A DNA stretch of 64,000 nt from Amoebophrya sp. A120 (Eukaryota; Protista; Dinoflagellata): contig CAJINV010000001.1 in NCBI GenBank assembly GCA_905178155.1, positions 13,590,702 through 13,654,701 on the forward strand, written 5' to 3'. This document shows, in pieces, positions 61,327-64,000 of the stretch (positions within the stretch are counted from its first letter, which is position 1; the number at the start of each line of letters is the position of its first letter). The notes under the pieces are model-generated. The model was not told the DNA's origin, searched no databases, and saw nothing but the letters and a program-made list of their open reading frames with translations. The translations under genes were made by a program, and so were the position numbers.

Positions 61327-62805
61327 ATGACACAGATCAGCAGGATGTCGGGGGTCCGTTGTCTATTGGTATCGACAATCAGCACTTCTATTGTGGGGAC
61401 GGCGCACTTGATTCTCTTCAGCGCCCAACAGACTGCAGCCGCGTCTGTCCGGCGTAAAGCCACCTCTTCGCTCCTGCACCGGCAGTTTCAACGGCATGAA
61501 AAGCGTAGAAAAGTGCGACAAACCGCGGCAGCCTCGACGCCGTTCCCCTTTTACCACACCACGCAAGAGATCCACACGCAGCTGCTCGCGTTACAGAGCC
61601 GATGCCACGGGTGGATCACCGTCGCGACGAAGGGCAGCGACCCGCAAATCGACGTGGTCTCGATCCGGAAGACTGACAGCAGCCCGCCCAACCGGTTCTT
61701 TCTGCTTTTCGGCGAGCACGCGCGCGAGCTGATCTCCCCCGAGAGCGGCCTGCACTTTCTGCAGACGCTGTGCGGGGAGTCTGACCTGGCGAAAACCGAC
61801 GGAGCGCGGTACGGAACCGAGCGCATGGCGGAGTTGCTGGACACGACGGAGTTCCAACTCGTGGTGAACGGCAACCCGGACAGCCGGCAGAGAGTGGAGA
61901 ACGGGGAGTACTGTTTGCGGGTGAACACCAAGAACGGGGTCGACCTAAACCGGAATTGGGACGACCGGTGGGAGCCGGCGGAGGACGAGATGAGCCCGGA
62001 CACGAACCCCGGGCCGAAGCCCTTTTCCGAGAACGAAACGCAGATCTTCAAAACCGCCGTGGCGGACTTCAAGCCCACCGGGTTTTTGACGATCCACTCC
62101 GGGACCCGGGGGATGTACTCGCCCTGGGCCTACGACATGCGGCACGAGGCGGTGCGCAACGGCCCGGCGATGCTGAACATGCTGCAGCAGCTGGACGCCA
62201 ACTACTGCAAGTGCCCCTTCGGCGCCGCGGGCAAGGAGGTGGGGTACAGTTGCCCGGGCACGTGCCTCGACTACGTGTACGACAAGCTCGGGGTGGACTA
62301 CGCGTTTGCCTTCGAGATCTACGGGAACCCCGCGGAGAACTTCGAGTTGGAGCAGCGGTTCGACGAAATCGTGGACGAACGGAAACTGAGCAGCGAGAAT
62401 GCTCTGACCTCGTCGATTTCGGCGGTCGGGAAAGACGAGAAGAAACCGAACTACTTACAGCTGTTGCAGGAGTTTGGGGCATCAACTTCTAAGAAGAGAC
62501 ACGACACTTCTGCTGCGGCGTCCCTTCTGCACCAGCACCAGCACCGCCACCACCGCGCGTCATTTAGTACGTCCGCGAAGAAGTGGCGCGAAGAGGGCTG
62601 TCTGGCCCAGTTCAATCCCACGACCGAGTCGGACTTCAAGGACACCGTCGAGAACTGGACCCAGGTCTACGTGAATTTAGCCAAGCTGGTTGCGGCGGAC
62701 GCGGAAAAGCGGGCGGGCGTGACGGCGGACGTGAGCTTAGTGCGTGGTCGTGGGGAAAAGGAAAGAGCGTTCGAGAAGTCTGACTTTCCCGTGTGGAAGC
62801 CGTAA
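61327..62805 (+). CDS. M14 zinc carboxypeptidase, secreted or signal-anchored
   Basis: GEHARE (HxxE), NPD, GVDLNRNW, GPKPFSENET, TIHSG and AFEI, with a hydrophobic N-terminus. Confidence 0.9.
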   Translation: MTQISRMSGVRCLLVSTISTSIVGTAHLILFSAQQTAAASVRRKATSSLLHRQFQRHEKRRKVRQTAAASTPFPFYHTTQEIHTQLLALQSRCHGWITVATKGSDPQIDVVSIRKTDSSPPNRFFLLFGEHARELISPESGLHFLQTLCGESDLAKTDGARYGTERMAELLDTTEFQLVVNGNPDSRQRVENGEYCLRVNTKNGVDLNRNWDDRWEPAEDEMSPDTNPGPKPFSENETQIFKTAVADFKPTGFLTIHSGTRGMYSPWAYDMRHEAVRNGPAMLNMLQQLDANYCKCPFGAAGKEVGYSCPGTCLDYVYDKLGVDYAFAFEIYGNPAENFELEQRFDEIVDERKLSSENALTSSISAVGKDEKKPNYLQLLQEFGASTSKKRHDTSAAASLLHQHQHRHHRASFSTSAKKWREEGCLAQFNPTTESDFKDTVENWTQVYVNLAKLVAADAEKRAGVTADVSLVRGRGEKERAFEKSDFPVWKP

Positions 62806-64000
62806 ACGAAGTTGATTTTTTTCCTTGACAAAAGATTGATGATTCCTGTTTTTTTCCCGTTGGTTGAAATTGGAAAAAGAAACAGTGACGGAAGCTGGAG
62901 ATGCCTGCTTCTCTAGTATGAATGACCGACCTGGCTGCCTTCGCGCACTGTTTCGAGAATGTTGGTCGATCGTACTCCTTTCACGATTCTTCGCTTTTTC
63001 GTGTCAGCTGTTGCAGGTATTTTTGAGTGTTGATATTTCAATTGAGACGAGATTGTATTCTTGAGTTGATCGAGAGAGAGGGAGCACCGCACGAGTTTCG
63101 TGCGCTCGACGCCTGTCACGAGGATTTTCTCGGCGGTCGTCCTCTCCACGAATTCGCTACGCGCAGTTGTATCCATGAAATGCTTCAAGGTTTTAACTGA
63201 AGTACTATACGTCTCATACAAATAAAATGCTTCGTAGATACGCTCGGGATCGATCGATAGGTAGCTCGGTTGTTTTATCCGAGACATGTAGTTCTACTTA
63301 TGTGATGTATTTGTATGTGTTTCATTTTCATCCTCCTCCAAGAAGATTTCAATCAAAGTAGGGACGACCACAAATGAAAGCGTTGTTGGAAAATATGGTC
63401 GCTAGATCTCGTCACCAGGGATATCAGAACGCGTAATATCGTTCAAAGCAACAGGAAGAGGCGTAGAAGCGCGATGCCGCGGCTTTTGACTGTTGCGGAG
63501 GGGTTGGACCCGTTAAACTGGGATGCTGGAGGTCCGACAGATAATGTTTTCGGAAGGCGAAGCCGAGCTTCAACCTCCTTTCGACACGTGGAAGCATCCT
63601 TCCGCCTCGAGCCTGGACGCCAAGACGTTGATACTGCGACGCACAGTTGGGCACTTGCGCGCGAGGTTGATTTGTTGGTGAGTAGAATTCGGCGGAATCT
63701 TTCGAAACACCAAAAGCTTCAGGTTTTGGAGGCGCTGCATGTTTGGATCGTAAATTGTCCACCTCCAGCCCAAAGTCAAAATGTCGTGATCCAAATCTTA
63801 AATCGCTACGATCTAAACACGCTCTAAATCTTAGCTAGAATATTCGAAACACCATAAGACGGGCACGAATGGCAAGACCAGAAATGTGAGATATTCCAAA
63901 GGCCCCAGATTTACCATGGACCACCATACCGCCGGGATTATGAATGAACAATGTTTACAGGGCCCTTGAGTCAACACTTACTACCACTCTGAATCTCCAA

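Noticed and set aside
63424-63827. Short ORFs at the window end
   Set aside because: No recognisable domain or supported exon structure.

Overview
Eukaryotic, intron-containing DNA with every recognisable gene on the + strand. The strand uniformity and the many inverted-repeat introns point to a syndinian dinoflagellate of the Amoebophrya type; this is inferred, not proven. (1) 1-22 kb: a tandem array of seven divergent paralogues. Most have an MG start, a disordered N-terminus, one Cys-flanked TM helix and a short tail with S-x-[FL]-[LVE]/S-x-LQ and (R)LRG motifs. A 1.65-kb TIR element interrupts the array. (2) Housekeeping genes: syntaxin-5, USB1, Rab6, Vps34, a twinfilin-like gene and an M14 carboxypeptidase. 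(3) About 28.5-39.7 kb: an intron-containing tyrosine-recombinase retroelement (RING/gag, YR, RT/RNaseH/MT plus a macrodomain-like tail). (4) A 1.57-kaa protein fusing a HIGH-family nucleotidyltransferase to an mRNA cap N7-methyltransferase, behind two degenerate CMTR-like domains. (5) Fourteen short TA(T)...ATA inverted-repeat inserts inside coding sequence. In 13 of 14, removing the insert plus 5 nt restores the reading frame, including conserved Vps34 and RT motifs. (6) A 1.41-kb foldback element with a TTA duplication inside the Vps34 ORF. All gene models and motif assignments were made by eye and have not been confirmed by searches or RNA data.
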